NCBI GenBank assembly: GCA_963924565.1
Contig: OZ004607.1
Span: forward strand, 4,154,001 to 4,218,000
Direction: 5' to 3'
Length of the DNA stretch: 64,000 nt
DNA from: Ascidiella aspersa
Lineage: Eukaryota
Shown: in pieces, positions 26,201-37,800 of the stretch
How the letters are laid out: each line of letters starts with the position of its first letter
How positions within the stretch are numbered: position 1 is the first letter of the stretch
Position numbers and translations under genes: made by a program
The notes under the pieces: model-generated
The model's input: the letters and a program-made list of their open reading frames with translations, nothing else
What the model was told of the DNA's origin: nothing
The model's database searches: none

Positions 26201-26281
26201 TCCTTTATTTTGCAGAAATTCAATGGAGTCCTTTCCATCGCCAGAAAAGTCAGCTCTCTGCCAAAAGTTAAAGTTCAATAG
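17300..26281 (+). CDS. NCLN: Nicalin (nicastrin-like ER membrane protein, inactive M28-peptidase fold; BOS complex subunit), 557 aa, 13 exons
   Basis: Exons 17300-17465, 17797-17978, 19643-19741, 20386-20523, 21117-21200, 21542-21645, 22251-22491, 22803-22949, 23680-23796, 24597-24695, 25391-25488, 25690-25822, 26216-26281, all GT-AG and phase-consistent (1674 nt). Recognisable nicalin motifs: DAAHEFTVYRMQQYDMQGTPYG, LPTIAIVAHYDSFGIAP, GGKFNYLGSKKW, LCLDTLG, HVSKPP, LAWEHERYSIRRL, KADKRDPDFLFYD, a C-terminal TM and the KVKVQ* KxKxx-type ER-retrieval end. Confidence 0.97.
18011..18355. mobile_element. hAT-type MITE with GAGTCGG repeats (NCLN intron 2)
   Basis: Degenerate TIRs ctaggctgcgtagtcgg / ccaactccgcaaacctg. 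TSD GTTTACGT/GTTTACAT (7/8). Confidence 0.75.
18568..18898. mobile_element. hAT-type MITE (CAGCGTTTCTCAACC; GGTGCGCC repeats) in NCLN intron 2
   Basis: TIRs CAGCGTTTCTCAACC / GGTTAAGAAACACTG. CTCTAATC on both sides (right copy offset by one base). The same 5' end recurs at 1443. Confidence 0.85.
19917..20285 (+). mobile_element. AAGTC-repeat hAT-type MITE (NCLN intron 3)
   Basis: Termini CAGTGTTGTGAA / TTACAACTCTG. GTTTAAAC flanks both sides (left copy 3 nt away). Confidence 0.85.
23805..24377 (+). mobile_element. AAGTC-repeat hAT-type MITE inserted 8 nt into NCLN intron 9
   Basis: Perfect 11-bp TIR CAGTGTTGTAA and perfect TSD GTATGTTG (23797-23804, 24378-24385). Confidence 0.95.
24151..24315. 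repeat. 33-bp tandem repeat x5 inside the MITE
   Basis: Unit tttttgcccaaaagacttaagtcaagtcaagta. gcccaa occurs at 24155, 24188, 24221, 24254 and 24287. Confidence 0.95.
25244..25256. promoter_or_regulatory. RFX X-box-like motif GTTGCC-A-GGAAAC
   Basis: Matches the X-box pattern. Related motifs at 24431-24444 (GTAACAATGGTAAC) and 29419-29432 (GTTGCCGTAGCAAT). Function untested. Confidence 0.35.
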
Positions 26282-28860
26282 AGCCAGAAAAGATTGTTGA
26301 CTCTGTCACGTTTCTTCAAAAGAAAGGCATCGACCTTTGGCTAAAGACACGTTTTGGTCTACTGATGTATGCAATGTTTCGAACTTACGTGGGTCTGAAA
26401 TGGAAAGTGTTGATCAAACTTTTGTTAACTACTGTGCAAAATTTGATGATTTTTTCGACTGGAGTTTAATTAAAAAAACTCTTTTACACAAACAGCATTA
26501 TTGATTGTAAGACAAAACAAAAAATGAAATTATTTTGTTTAAATTAAAAAAATCAGTTATATCCTCAGTTATATGTTATTGGTACATCTATGTTTATTTG
26601 CTATCTTGTGTGATAATTTAATTCTGCCTAATTTAATGTACACCACCAGTAGCACTGCAATACTTTTTGAAAATATTGTGGTTAAATCTAATTTTTTTCA
26701 CTTTGTTGAAAACTTGACATGAATTTTGTTTCAACTAACTAAAATATATGCACCTAATGAAATGTGTTTCATGATACACTTAGTTATATTATACATGTTG
26801 TATGGTATTAATTTTGTGTGTGCTACCTGCCATCGGTAAAATTCGTTTGTGTGCTTGTTGAACAATTGAAAACCCAATAATAAACGTGCAGTTTGTTAGT
26901 TGTCAGTTTTATGCTGAAAGGTCTTCGCAATAGATTTAGGGTATTTCTTATCAGGTTGGGTTTTTGTTATCAGACTTTTAAACTGTTGTGGGTCTTTAAA
27001 TCAACAGAACCAATAAAACCATTATTTACAAAGAACGAATGTAAAGGGCTTTGTATTTGCTTTGCAGATTGGATAGAATTTCACAAAATAAATAAAACTG
27101 CCATGATTTTCCTTTTGATCTACACCCTTAATCAGAATTTTAATACCGCCTTGAACAAATTTAAACTTTTGACATACGCCAACTGAGTTTCTTTCAATGT
27201 AAAATTAACAAAGAGAATGATTGTCAAGTGGCACAGAAGCTTAAGTAGAGTGGCAGCTGTGTCACAAATTCAACTTGAGGCTTATCCGCTATCCACACAT
27301 TGGCTTTTGTAAGGCTTGTATAGGCGATTATTTTATTCCATTTGTAATCCCCTTTGACAGAAGAAATAACATATGAAGAGGAAAGCATCCATACCTAAAG
27401 CCCCTGCTTAAACAAGTTTACTGATGTGGAAATAGGAGGGAAATTTTAATGACTACAAGAAAAATATTATTTTTTTGAGACATTTATTGGTAACAGATCA
27501 AAAAATAATTTAAAAACTTGTAAAGATGTCATATAAAAAACATAAAATCAGGGCTAGTTTGTTGCCAAAAACAAATGTGTTGTTGCGTCAAAAATCATTT
27601 CAAGTAGTGTCAGGTTCAGAGAAGGACCTTTTGGTTATTCTGAAGATCCTCACAAACCTAAGTGCAACTGTGAAAGATAATAATGATTAAGTGATTTCTG
27701 CTCTTAGTTGAACGACAAAATCAAGTGCCTTAGTCAAGCCTTCAGGACAAAGAGTATATCATTTAAACAATGACTTAAAAAGTTAAAAGACGTTTAATGT
27801 TAAGTTGTTGAAAATTGGGGTCAAGGGTACTCAGGTCTCAAAAGTTTCTAAATTTGGAACCAAGTCTAAGCGCGGCCACTGTTGCAACTTCCTACATAAG
27901 CCTTAGCAGACAATTAAAAAATTGCCTTAGCAGCTAAACCAAAAGAGAAAATCAAAAAAAAGAGTAAGTCTGAAATAATGCTTTTTAACTCATTTAAGGT
28001 TAATACAAAATTGGTTACATTATTTTGGGACAATGTCTGCTAGAATCAGGAATCTCTATAAAACTATAAAAAACTGCTATAATTTATATGTTGATTCATC
28101 AAAGTGTGTGCATTTGAAACACACAAAAAACTGATGATTGCAATTCTCTGGTGGCCCTTTTCATGTTTAAATCATCATCTCAAGCTTTTGTTACAGATTA
28201 GAAAATGATACAATGCTTTTTCCGGCATGCGGCTTTTGTTATCTTTGGTCAGACAACAGAACACTATCTTTAGTCAAAATAAAGACCAGCCCAAATCGAT
28301 TCACTGGCGCTTGTTTTAGGTCTTTTATTCCATACAAAATCATTTAAGGACAAAGGCGGCTCAGCACCGCTGTTTTGTGTAATGGTGCTGTGTCAACAAC
28401 TGCTATTTTGGATCATTCTTTATACAGGTTCTTAAGTCAAGTAGGTGCTAGAACTCGTATAATTGTTGTAGTGAAGCAATTGAATTGTGTCAAGTTGAAA
28501 AAAGGTGCATATATCTGTTTCCGAGCTGTATACAAGAAACCGTTTTATATTTATTAACATTTATTGGTTATAATAGCAGTTTTGATTGTTATTTTAATAC
28601 TAAGCTTTATGTTCTTTTCTTACATATTAAACAGAGTTTCAATAGTAGCATTTCAGTGTAGAGCTTTAACAAGCTATAAATAATATAAATAAAAAGAAGG
28701 CCAAAATCATTTGTTAATTTCCATTTTTTTTTTTATTAGACTTTACTAATATAACAATAAACAAAATATTTTATCAATGACTATTTTTTACAGTTGCTAA
28801 CTGTTGCCTACTGCATTGTTTAGACTTTTTAGGGTTTAAAGTCATATATACAAAAACAAA

Positions 28861-31800
28861 ATGAGAATTGATAAGTTTGTTCCTGAGAGCAAGCGAACAG
28901 GTGTTTCTGTATATTACAACGATTACAAACAAAGATTTTCAGTGGATTGTTCTACAATAAAACCAACATCAGTTTACAGGAAAAACAGACCCCACCCACC
29001 ACAGGTTTGATATATTTAGACAATATTAGTTTTGTTCATAACAAGTATATTTTCCTTTTTTACATAATGCTGCAATCAAGGTACTCCCATACTTTATATG
29101 TACTCTTGTATTGAATAGGCTGTTCACTTGTTTGTATTTCAATATTTTGCTAAATTACAAAACCATAAAAATGCAAACATTATATTTTGTACAGCGCTTC
29201 TATTTAAAAATTTGTAAAATACTTGGATTTTATATATAAAATAAAAAGGTATTCAAACTCCAGGGCCCATCCCTACAAAACATATACAGAAAAAATGTGT
29301 AAATCTAAAAAGGAATTTTTGAAAAGAGCCACAGATTGAATTTTGTGTAAACGTAAAATGTATGTCACAACTGAAATAATCCTGCTACTGGTTGTAATGT
29401 GATACAAACAATCACAAAGTTGCCGTAGCAATACCATACAGTGGTGTTTACTATAAGCATGAAATATTTGTTCCGTTAAATGTGGACAGTCAGGGATAAA
29501 AACAGGTGGGTATTTATTTACCTATAGGTTGCCAATAATGTCATATTTATGGGTCAATTTTTATCCTTGAAATGAGCATCATATGTTGCACCAATCTAGT
29601 GAATGTCATTTTGTTGAAAATACTTTTAGGACGAGCATAGAAGACAAACCTGTTATTCTTATTGATAATAGCTTGTGTGTTATTGGTTGCATGATAACGT
29701 CAATCAGATTTTAGTATATATATTATATGTTGTCAACAAGAAACTGTTGAAAAAAAGTTATAGAAATTTATTTGTTTGTTTCCAGAACTTTTTGGAACCA
29801 AGATATGATCCTGATGAAAGTATTCAACTTCAAAAAAGAGTAAGAAATGCTGTCCACAAATATCTAACAGAAATTTATCAAGCACCTCAACAGAACCGTG
29901 AAGATACGTTTAATCGTACACAACATTTTGGATCACCAACTTTAGAAAGAAGCTTTACAAAATCACCATATCGCCCTAGAAGTAAGAAAAAGTTTTGGTA
30001 AAAATAAATGAATATGTTGATATAAATTTGTTGGGCTAAAGTATATAATATATATAATTACATTATATAGCGATTGCATATCACAATTAAAGGTGAAAAA
30101 CAAAAGACAGTTGAAACTATTTTATTCTAAACTCTAAATTTAAATAAGCAAAAATTTTAAAAAATGTAACATACACTAAAGTACTGATTATACTCTATTT
30201 AAATGCTTTCTTAAAAAAAGTCTAATACCCAAAATTAAGATATTAAAACAAACATAATGCAATACAAAATTTTGTAGAAACAAAATAAAAACTGTGCATG
30301 TTAAACAAAATTTTGAACTTATAAATTTAACTCTACAATAATTAAGGTTAAAAATATAATTCAACATACGAACCTATTTTAATATTATCCAAATCAATGT
30401 CTTGTAATTCACACACTAAAATAAAATAGTTTTAACTGATATCAAAAACTTTTTATGAGGAAATAATTACAAAACTAGAAATTAAATGAATTTAAAAATT
30501 ATTAAAAAAGGACAATATGGCAAGTATTTTTAGGTGCAAATAAGCGTAACCAAAAAAAATTAAAAAAAATACTAATTAAAGTTAAATATGCCAAAACTTA
30601 GTATGATAAAAAAATGTTCATCAAAATATTTTTACAAGAATATTATTTTTCAATTTTAATTGTAAAGGATTTTAAACGTACAAAAAGTCTGATTAACCAC
30701 GGAGGTAAACACTAAATATTCAAATAATTATGCGTCATTAAATTGATAATAATTTTCGAGTTAAACTTGTTAATTAGTTTAAGTCAATGTAGCACAGCTC
30801 AGCTTTTTGGAATGTTTGGTATAATACTTATAGACAGTGTAACTGTAATGCAACAATTTACAAACTTTACTTTACTCCTGAACTGTCAAACAGGTCCTAC
30901 GCCTTTCCAACAAAACTGCTACGCAGGTCGCTACCCTTCGGTTCAATCAGCATCAACTCCAATGCGCATCGCGGGACACGGCTATAGCAACCGGCCTGCC
31001 TCTGCAATCGGAATCGAAAAGTACCCTCCTAAGCAGTTGCTTGGAGAATCGAAGAGGGACCGTAAGTAATTTTCTGTGAATTGCGGCGCTGGTCCGCAAT
31101 CCTACCACATTTTGGGGCGCTCATCTAGAATCCTATCACAACGAACATTATTTGGGTTAGGGTACCGGTTAGCGTTTGGGTTTGGATGAGTCAAGTAATA
31201 GTGTTAAACAATAAAACTTGGCCCACCCTCACCCAAACACTAACCGACACCGTTCTAATCACGATAACCACCTGTAGAGGCATACGCTCAGTGGTTATCG
31301 TAAGCTGCAACGCTCCAAAAGGCTTTCCGACAAACAGATTATTGCAGGCACTGCGCAACTTCAAGTACGCAATATCAACGCTAAAGTGTTACAATTGACA
31401 ACTACTATTGTATCATTTAATTGTATGCCCATTTAAAGATGGTTTTATAATTTACATAATATGGTAAACAAAATTAGATGTACTCTTTAATTTCGTTGCT
31501 CTGTTTAGCACAATTTAAAAAAGTTATAATGTAAATCGAGTTGTTCGATAAAAAAAAATATTCTGCTTAAGAAAATTATAAGGTAAAATTTATCCCGTTT
31601 TGGTGGAACTAAACAGCCCTGATTTATACTTGAAACAAAACTATATCGGTTAAGAAAAACACCATGGACGCAAAATTACTACAAAATTACAGACATGCCA
31701 AAAAATCGTCCCGTTTGTAAATATTATCTTACAGCACATTTAGACAGTTTCCTCTGATTCTTAACTGTGTAAGAAATATAGTAGTATTATAAACTTTAAA

Positions 31801-34800
31801 ACGACATACCTAATGGCCATCTATTGCACCGTTCTATAGGTTGACCACATTGCTAATATATGATCTCACTACGCTCATCATTCAAACTGTAAAACAAAAC
31901 ACGCGAAAAACACCTTATTACACAGGAACAACCTCTTTTACTGTCTGAAACAAGATACTACGCGATTTTTACGCTAAGTCGCAGTCAATACGCGATGATT
32001 AACCTTAACAGAAACTAAGCTTAACGTTATTTAGCAGAGCATACAGTATCATGTCTGCTATGTCGTAAGGTGAAAGGTTATTTTCCTTTCCTTATACTTG
32101 TCCAATGTAAAAAGCTTCCACACTGGCGCAGTGCCCCTTTGCCTTTTCACCTTCAAGGGTGTCCTTTGCTACGCCCGGTGGGCATTGTGCCCTATTATGA
32201 TCAGCACGTCCCACAAAAGGATATCTTTCATGCGCTGGTACCTGATACCTTATAAGTTGTCAGAGGCGGGTGCCCGACACAAGCTTCGGCTTCCTAATGG
32301 CTTAAATCTGCTCAAGAGACAGAGAGGTGACAGCAGGCAGTTGGGCGCAATCGCAAAACGACAATAGAAAGATACATTGGGGTTTATTTCAGGACAGCAT
32401 AGTCTGAAACGATTCGTTTTTAAGAAAGAGACTTTTTGGTCTCAAAAGAAATCAGACATTTTGGTCGCTAAAGAAGACATTCTAAAGCAGGGTTAGACAA
32501 TTGTTTTGACTGGAGGCCCCATTAGAGTAGAATTAGTCATGGCAGGCCATACCGTAACGAGGAACTGATATAATGTTGCGATTAAAAAATGCTGTATAGC
32601 TGGTAAGAGTGGGGAAAAGTCCGCCTTACGAGTGTAATTTATTCATCAATATGTTCCATAATTTTAAGGTAAACAGAAATATGGTTTATTGTGACTGTAA
32701 AGCAGCTTATAAAATATAAGCAACGGGCCAAAGGTGGTCACAGACCAATTGAAACTTTTTATACATCGAGTTTATTGTTATGAACAACGTTTGTAGTTAT
32801 TTAGCCTTTGGAATAAAAAAATTAACTTATTCGCAAGCGTTTCGCCTCGGAAGTAAATTCCAATTCATAATTTGGATTCTACCGACAACATCAGAAAACT
32901 AAACCACAAAAAGCCTAATGCAGCTCGTCAGGTGGCAGATAATACTGTTTTTTAGTCTTTGGGGTGTCTGCGCCCTACATAGATGGATAGATATGTTTAT
33001 TGTTTGGGCAAAGGATTCCCAGGAAGCAGAGAATGACCGTGATATCTTCAAATTAGCTGCCGCCACCACATAAATTAAATAGCCAAAAATGGGCTATCTG
33101 CGGTAGAAGCGGTCTGATCAGCAAATAAACAGGGATATTTTTAAATAGATTTCACTTTTAGAAAGACTTAGCCTCCATAGCCAATATAGTTCCTATTTAT
33201 ACAATTGCAAACATTTTATAAACAATGAAGCCCCGTGACAACCCCGACATTGTAAAATGGAGGTTACTCATGGGCCTGCCGAAAATTTCGCCCAATATCA
33301 TAGCGGCTGCTAAAAGGAGAATGCCGCCATCGCTCAGGCAGAACTTCAAGCCAGGTAAAGGGTGGTTTATTCTTCTGCTGCGTTTCAATGCGTTAAATCG
33401 GCATGAAAAAACAAATTCATTTTAGGCTAGCAATACACGAGAGCCCCTGCAGCACACAAAATGCATATTTTGTTATAGATATTTCCTTAAATTGGAAAGT
33501 GGCATAAAACTTCAATGGGAAAATAGCACTAAATTAACATTTACTCTATGGCGGAAACTAATTTAAATTTTGTTAGGCAAAAATAATAAAATTTTTTTCA
33601 TTTGTTTAGACTCCGGTCATTTGTTATGTATGAGAATGACATTATGACAGTGTGTTGCAGGAAAAGGTAGTAGTAAAACGAAGGGCAACGTGCATTGGCT
33701 ACCTTATTTTATTAAGTACGGTAGCCAGTTATTTTGAAGTTTAGTTTCGGACTTGAGAGACCGCCCTTGCGTTGTATCGTGTGTTTTTCTAAATCGTGAA
33801 CATTGGCGGGGTGCAAAAGATTGAAAGTCAATGGTCTCAGGGTGGTCCAAGGTTGACAGCATCGCGGGCCACAATATTTCTTGCATGTGCTTTGCGGGCC
33901 ACATAAAGTGCTACATGCGTGCCAGGGGCGGATCAATGATTTTCGTTTGGTCGGGGCATAAAATGTTTAAACATGACGCCACAAAGCATCGTCAAAAAGT
34001 AACGTCGAAAGACATTAGCTCTAGAAACATTCTGCTATCGTGGAACTTGTGCGAAAATGAAATCGAATGATAACTATGAGACTGGGAACATGGTGCTCGC
34101 GAAGCGCGAAAAATATTGTGTATTTGACAAAACTTTTAATTTAGGCAAAAATAGTAATTTATCCAGGGCCTTTTATGTTATGTTTATATTAAAACGATGG
34201 AAAACAAAGCGCAAATATAACTAACAAAACGCAAACATATACTTATTAAGGTTTGCAAAACAGCCATTTTAGAAAGTTCCATATAGGACGTACTGCGACT
34301 TTCAAACTCGTCTAACACATATCAAAAATTACATGTTCTTGCCACCCCTGGATCCGAACTTGATGAGCGATAGTAAACTGGTTTATTTAATGGTGTAACC
34401 GGAAAAATGTAATCATAACCAAACAATTGCAGTATGTTTGCTGATCGTTAGTCTTTTTTGTTTCTTTGATTAAACCCTCAACTGTACGTATTACAATAAT
34501 TTAACAGTACTTCGCGGGCAACGAACAATGATGTCGTTGGCCACATCTGGCCCGCGGGCCTGGGTTTGAACCACCCTGGTTTATGTAGATGCAGCCAACA
34601 CGTCGATCGCCACATTTCACCTGGTCGATCACGTGTTACGTCATTACAAAAAAATGACGAATTTTTGTCTGGACAAGCCTAATAAAGCGTTCTATCAATT
34701 TTAAAGGGCAACACTATGGCGCCAGTTTCGTTTAAAGCTATGGTTATGTTTGTCTTATCTAGGTTATACTACTTTTGAAGCAACGTTTTCCTTGGTTATC

Positions 34801-37800
34801 AATGTAAAAACTTTAAACAAGATTTGCTTGAAAATATTATATTTTAACTGTCATTCTTGTGAGAAATATTTCTCTACCACAAAAAAACACTGACAAAACA
34901 CTTTAGGGCTTCACACTTAAACCAACAATCTACAAAATAACAATTGGTAAAATTACAAATGCTTTTCCTAGCAGTAAGATAAAACAGAAATTTACAGGAC
35001 CTGTACGTTGGACCTGACTTACACGAGAAATAAATACACGAGACTTAATTCCAACATAAAGCTCTAATTCAATGAGGATACACACATATGTCTTAGAACT
35101 GTAACCTAGTCCTTCTGAAGCTGCGGTTTGACTAAAGATTACGCTTACATATCGTTAGTAGGCTACACCAAAAGCCATTGCAGACTCACCAAAATCTGTC
35201 GAAAAAGCTCTAACGTAAAGTTACACGTATTTCAGGTTCGGTACGGATCAATCAGGAGATTAAGGGCAAAACCCGACTGACAACGCCAATCCCGCAGCGC
35301 CAGGTCTGGCAAGATTCCAAGGTATCCGTGCCTAACGATCAGCACAAGCCACATTGGGTTAGGTGAGTTATAAAACGAATTAACGACTCGTTTGGCTGGT
35401 CAATTTTTTGTTCTGTGGTAAATTTCAAATAGTTTTTATAGATATAAAGTGACTTAACGATTTTTGGGTTATATTGGGAACTTGAACTAGGTAAACAGTA
35501 AAATTGCACGACTTGCTATTTCTAATGACTTAAAATAACATTCCCGGGATTTTTAGAGCGTTCTGTTTCTTTTGCTCCTAACAAAAATATTTTCCAACGG
35601 TATTTCAACGTTGGAAGACTTTTGGTCAGATTAATATTAGACATTGTATAACCCCCAGTCAACCATTGCGCAGCACAAAAAAACATCTTTTTCAAAGCGT
35701 AAAAAAATTAGTCGACCTTACCAAAGGATGCTTGTTCAGGTTTTACCACACAGACTGTCTGAAATTACGACCCACCTCGTCTTTTCATTAAGCCACGTCA
35801 CTCATTCACGATATTAAATTCACGAAATGACGAACAAAAGCAAACTGCGCGCCGTAAAACCAACACGAAAATCCTTAGACAATGTACAAGGTCGACTCAT
35901 TTTAAAGCGCAAGCGCAACTAGTAAGATCTAACGAAAGAGCCGCTAGACCAGGGGTTCTTGAACTGGGGTCCATGGACGCCCAGAGGTCCATGAACTAGT
36001 TTTAGGGGGTCCACGAAGGTATAATTGAAATATTAGTGTATATTTAAGCAGTAATTATTTTTTCAAAGAAAACAGTTTAATTAAAAATAAAACTGATTTG
36101 TGCTGAATGTATTCAGACTCATTTGACTTTCACATTTTTTTTTTCATTTGACTTTCACATTTTTGGATCGAAATCACCAGATTTACGAAGTTTATTGTAT
36201 TCTGACGTCAATTTATGACGTCATTTTAGAATTTTTTGCCTACCGTAATCCACGCAAAGCAAAAACCGAATTTAGGGATCTGCGGTAATAATGAGTTTAA
36301 GAACCCTGCACTAGACAAAGATACTTTTTCTGCTTTTAAGAGACCCGCAAAAAGAGGCAAGAAAAAAGCGGATCGTCTCAGCCCCACCCGGAACCAAAGG
36401 CTTTACCCATTACCCCCAGCAAACAGCAAAAGGCGGTCACATGGATACTGAGAATATGACGTCACGTTTGGAAGAATGGGCCCAACACGCGAGCAACTAC
36501 GGTGAGCCGACTATGACAGAATAAAATTAATGTTATTTTTTTTGTATTATTGCGTGAGTAGAAAATTGCTTAAGTTTAGCTTAAGTTTTAACATTCGATT
36601 TTTAACTTGCGTTGAAACAGAAAAAATCGCCCTGTTTTGACAGGTGACTGTTTATCTGATTGTTCTAGAGTATAGTGGTTTCCTACCGGTTTTTTTTAAG
36701 TGTGTGACAATGTGAATCATACAAGCATTTTTTCGCTATTTGCATCAAAGTGCCTCATATCGCAAAGCATCGTACTTTTTGTCATAATATTCAGACAAAT
36801 AGGGATAAACGTTCAAGCTCCATAGGTTCCCCCTTGACCCAAAAGTTTCGTTTTTAATGTTCAAAGGTGCCAAATGTGCCGACAGGTTTATAGGAATCTA
36901 TAACGGATGTGTGCGATTGGAACACAACAAATACTTATACTTTTTCTACATTGCGTAGTGTTCATGGATGTTCTCTTAGGGTCTTTTTTTGTAACACTAC
37001 ATTAAAACACTTAACGAAAATGCTATGATGGGTGTCGAAATATATAAATTATTTCTGGGGTGTTCCGCAAAACAAAAAACGTTTGGAACCACTGTGCTGG
37101 TGTGTTGTAGTTTTACAGCGTCAAATGGCCATTAATTGTAATTTGGTGTTGGCAATCTTATTGTTGTTGTTCACCTCTGCAGAAAAACAGGTTGTATTCA
37201 AAATGCTGAAGCAGGTCTCCCCGCGTCCGGACGGGGTGCCCCAGACCCCGGAAAGCCGTGATTTCCTGATGCGCGCACAAAGCCTCCCCCTCGGCGACCC
37301 CCCGCAACGTGGCCACGGGGTGGCGCACTACGCGAAACGTCACGTGACCTCGGCGCCGGTGAAGAAGATGGCAGGTGACTTTTTAGCACTCACGAAAACG
37401 TGTTAAACAGTTCTTTTAAACGTTTGAAAAGCACTGTTATATAGGGTTAGTAGTAAACAAGGAAGTTTAGGCAAACCAGCGGTATTAATTTGTTAAAAAA
37501 ATTGTGTTTTTTTAACCAACTTATTGCTTGACCAATAATTTTTTTCCGACAGGTTTATTTGAATAAATTTTTATTTTTAAACTCAGGAAAGAGCGTTTAC
37601 TATTTTAAAATCGGTTCGTTATCGTGGATTGTAAGACGACAATTGTTGTAAAATGTAAACCGACTGTTAAATTCTTTTTCGGACTTTTCAACGTCAAGCA
37701 TGCGTACAATGCACAAGCTTTATATTTTAAAAGCATAATAAACAGTGTCACCAGAAAGTTAAATTCGGTATGCGGCAGCTTATTGCAGTTAGCTCTAAGG

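Noticed and set aside
27370-27970. Coding-looking stretch between nicalin and gene 3
   Set aside because: Multiple stops in the best frame and no recognisable motif.
26281-28861. Operon (polycistronic) link between nicalin and gene 3
   Set aside because: The 2.6-kb gap between coding regions gives no direct evidence, and trans-splicing cannot be seen in genomic sequence.
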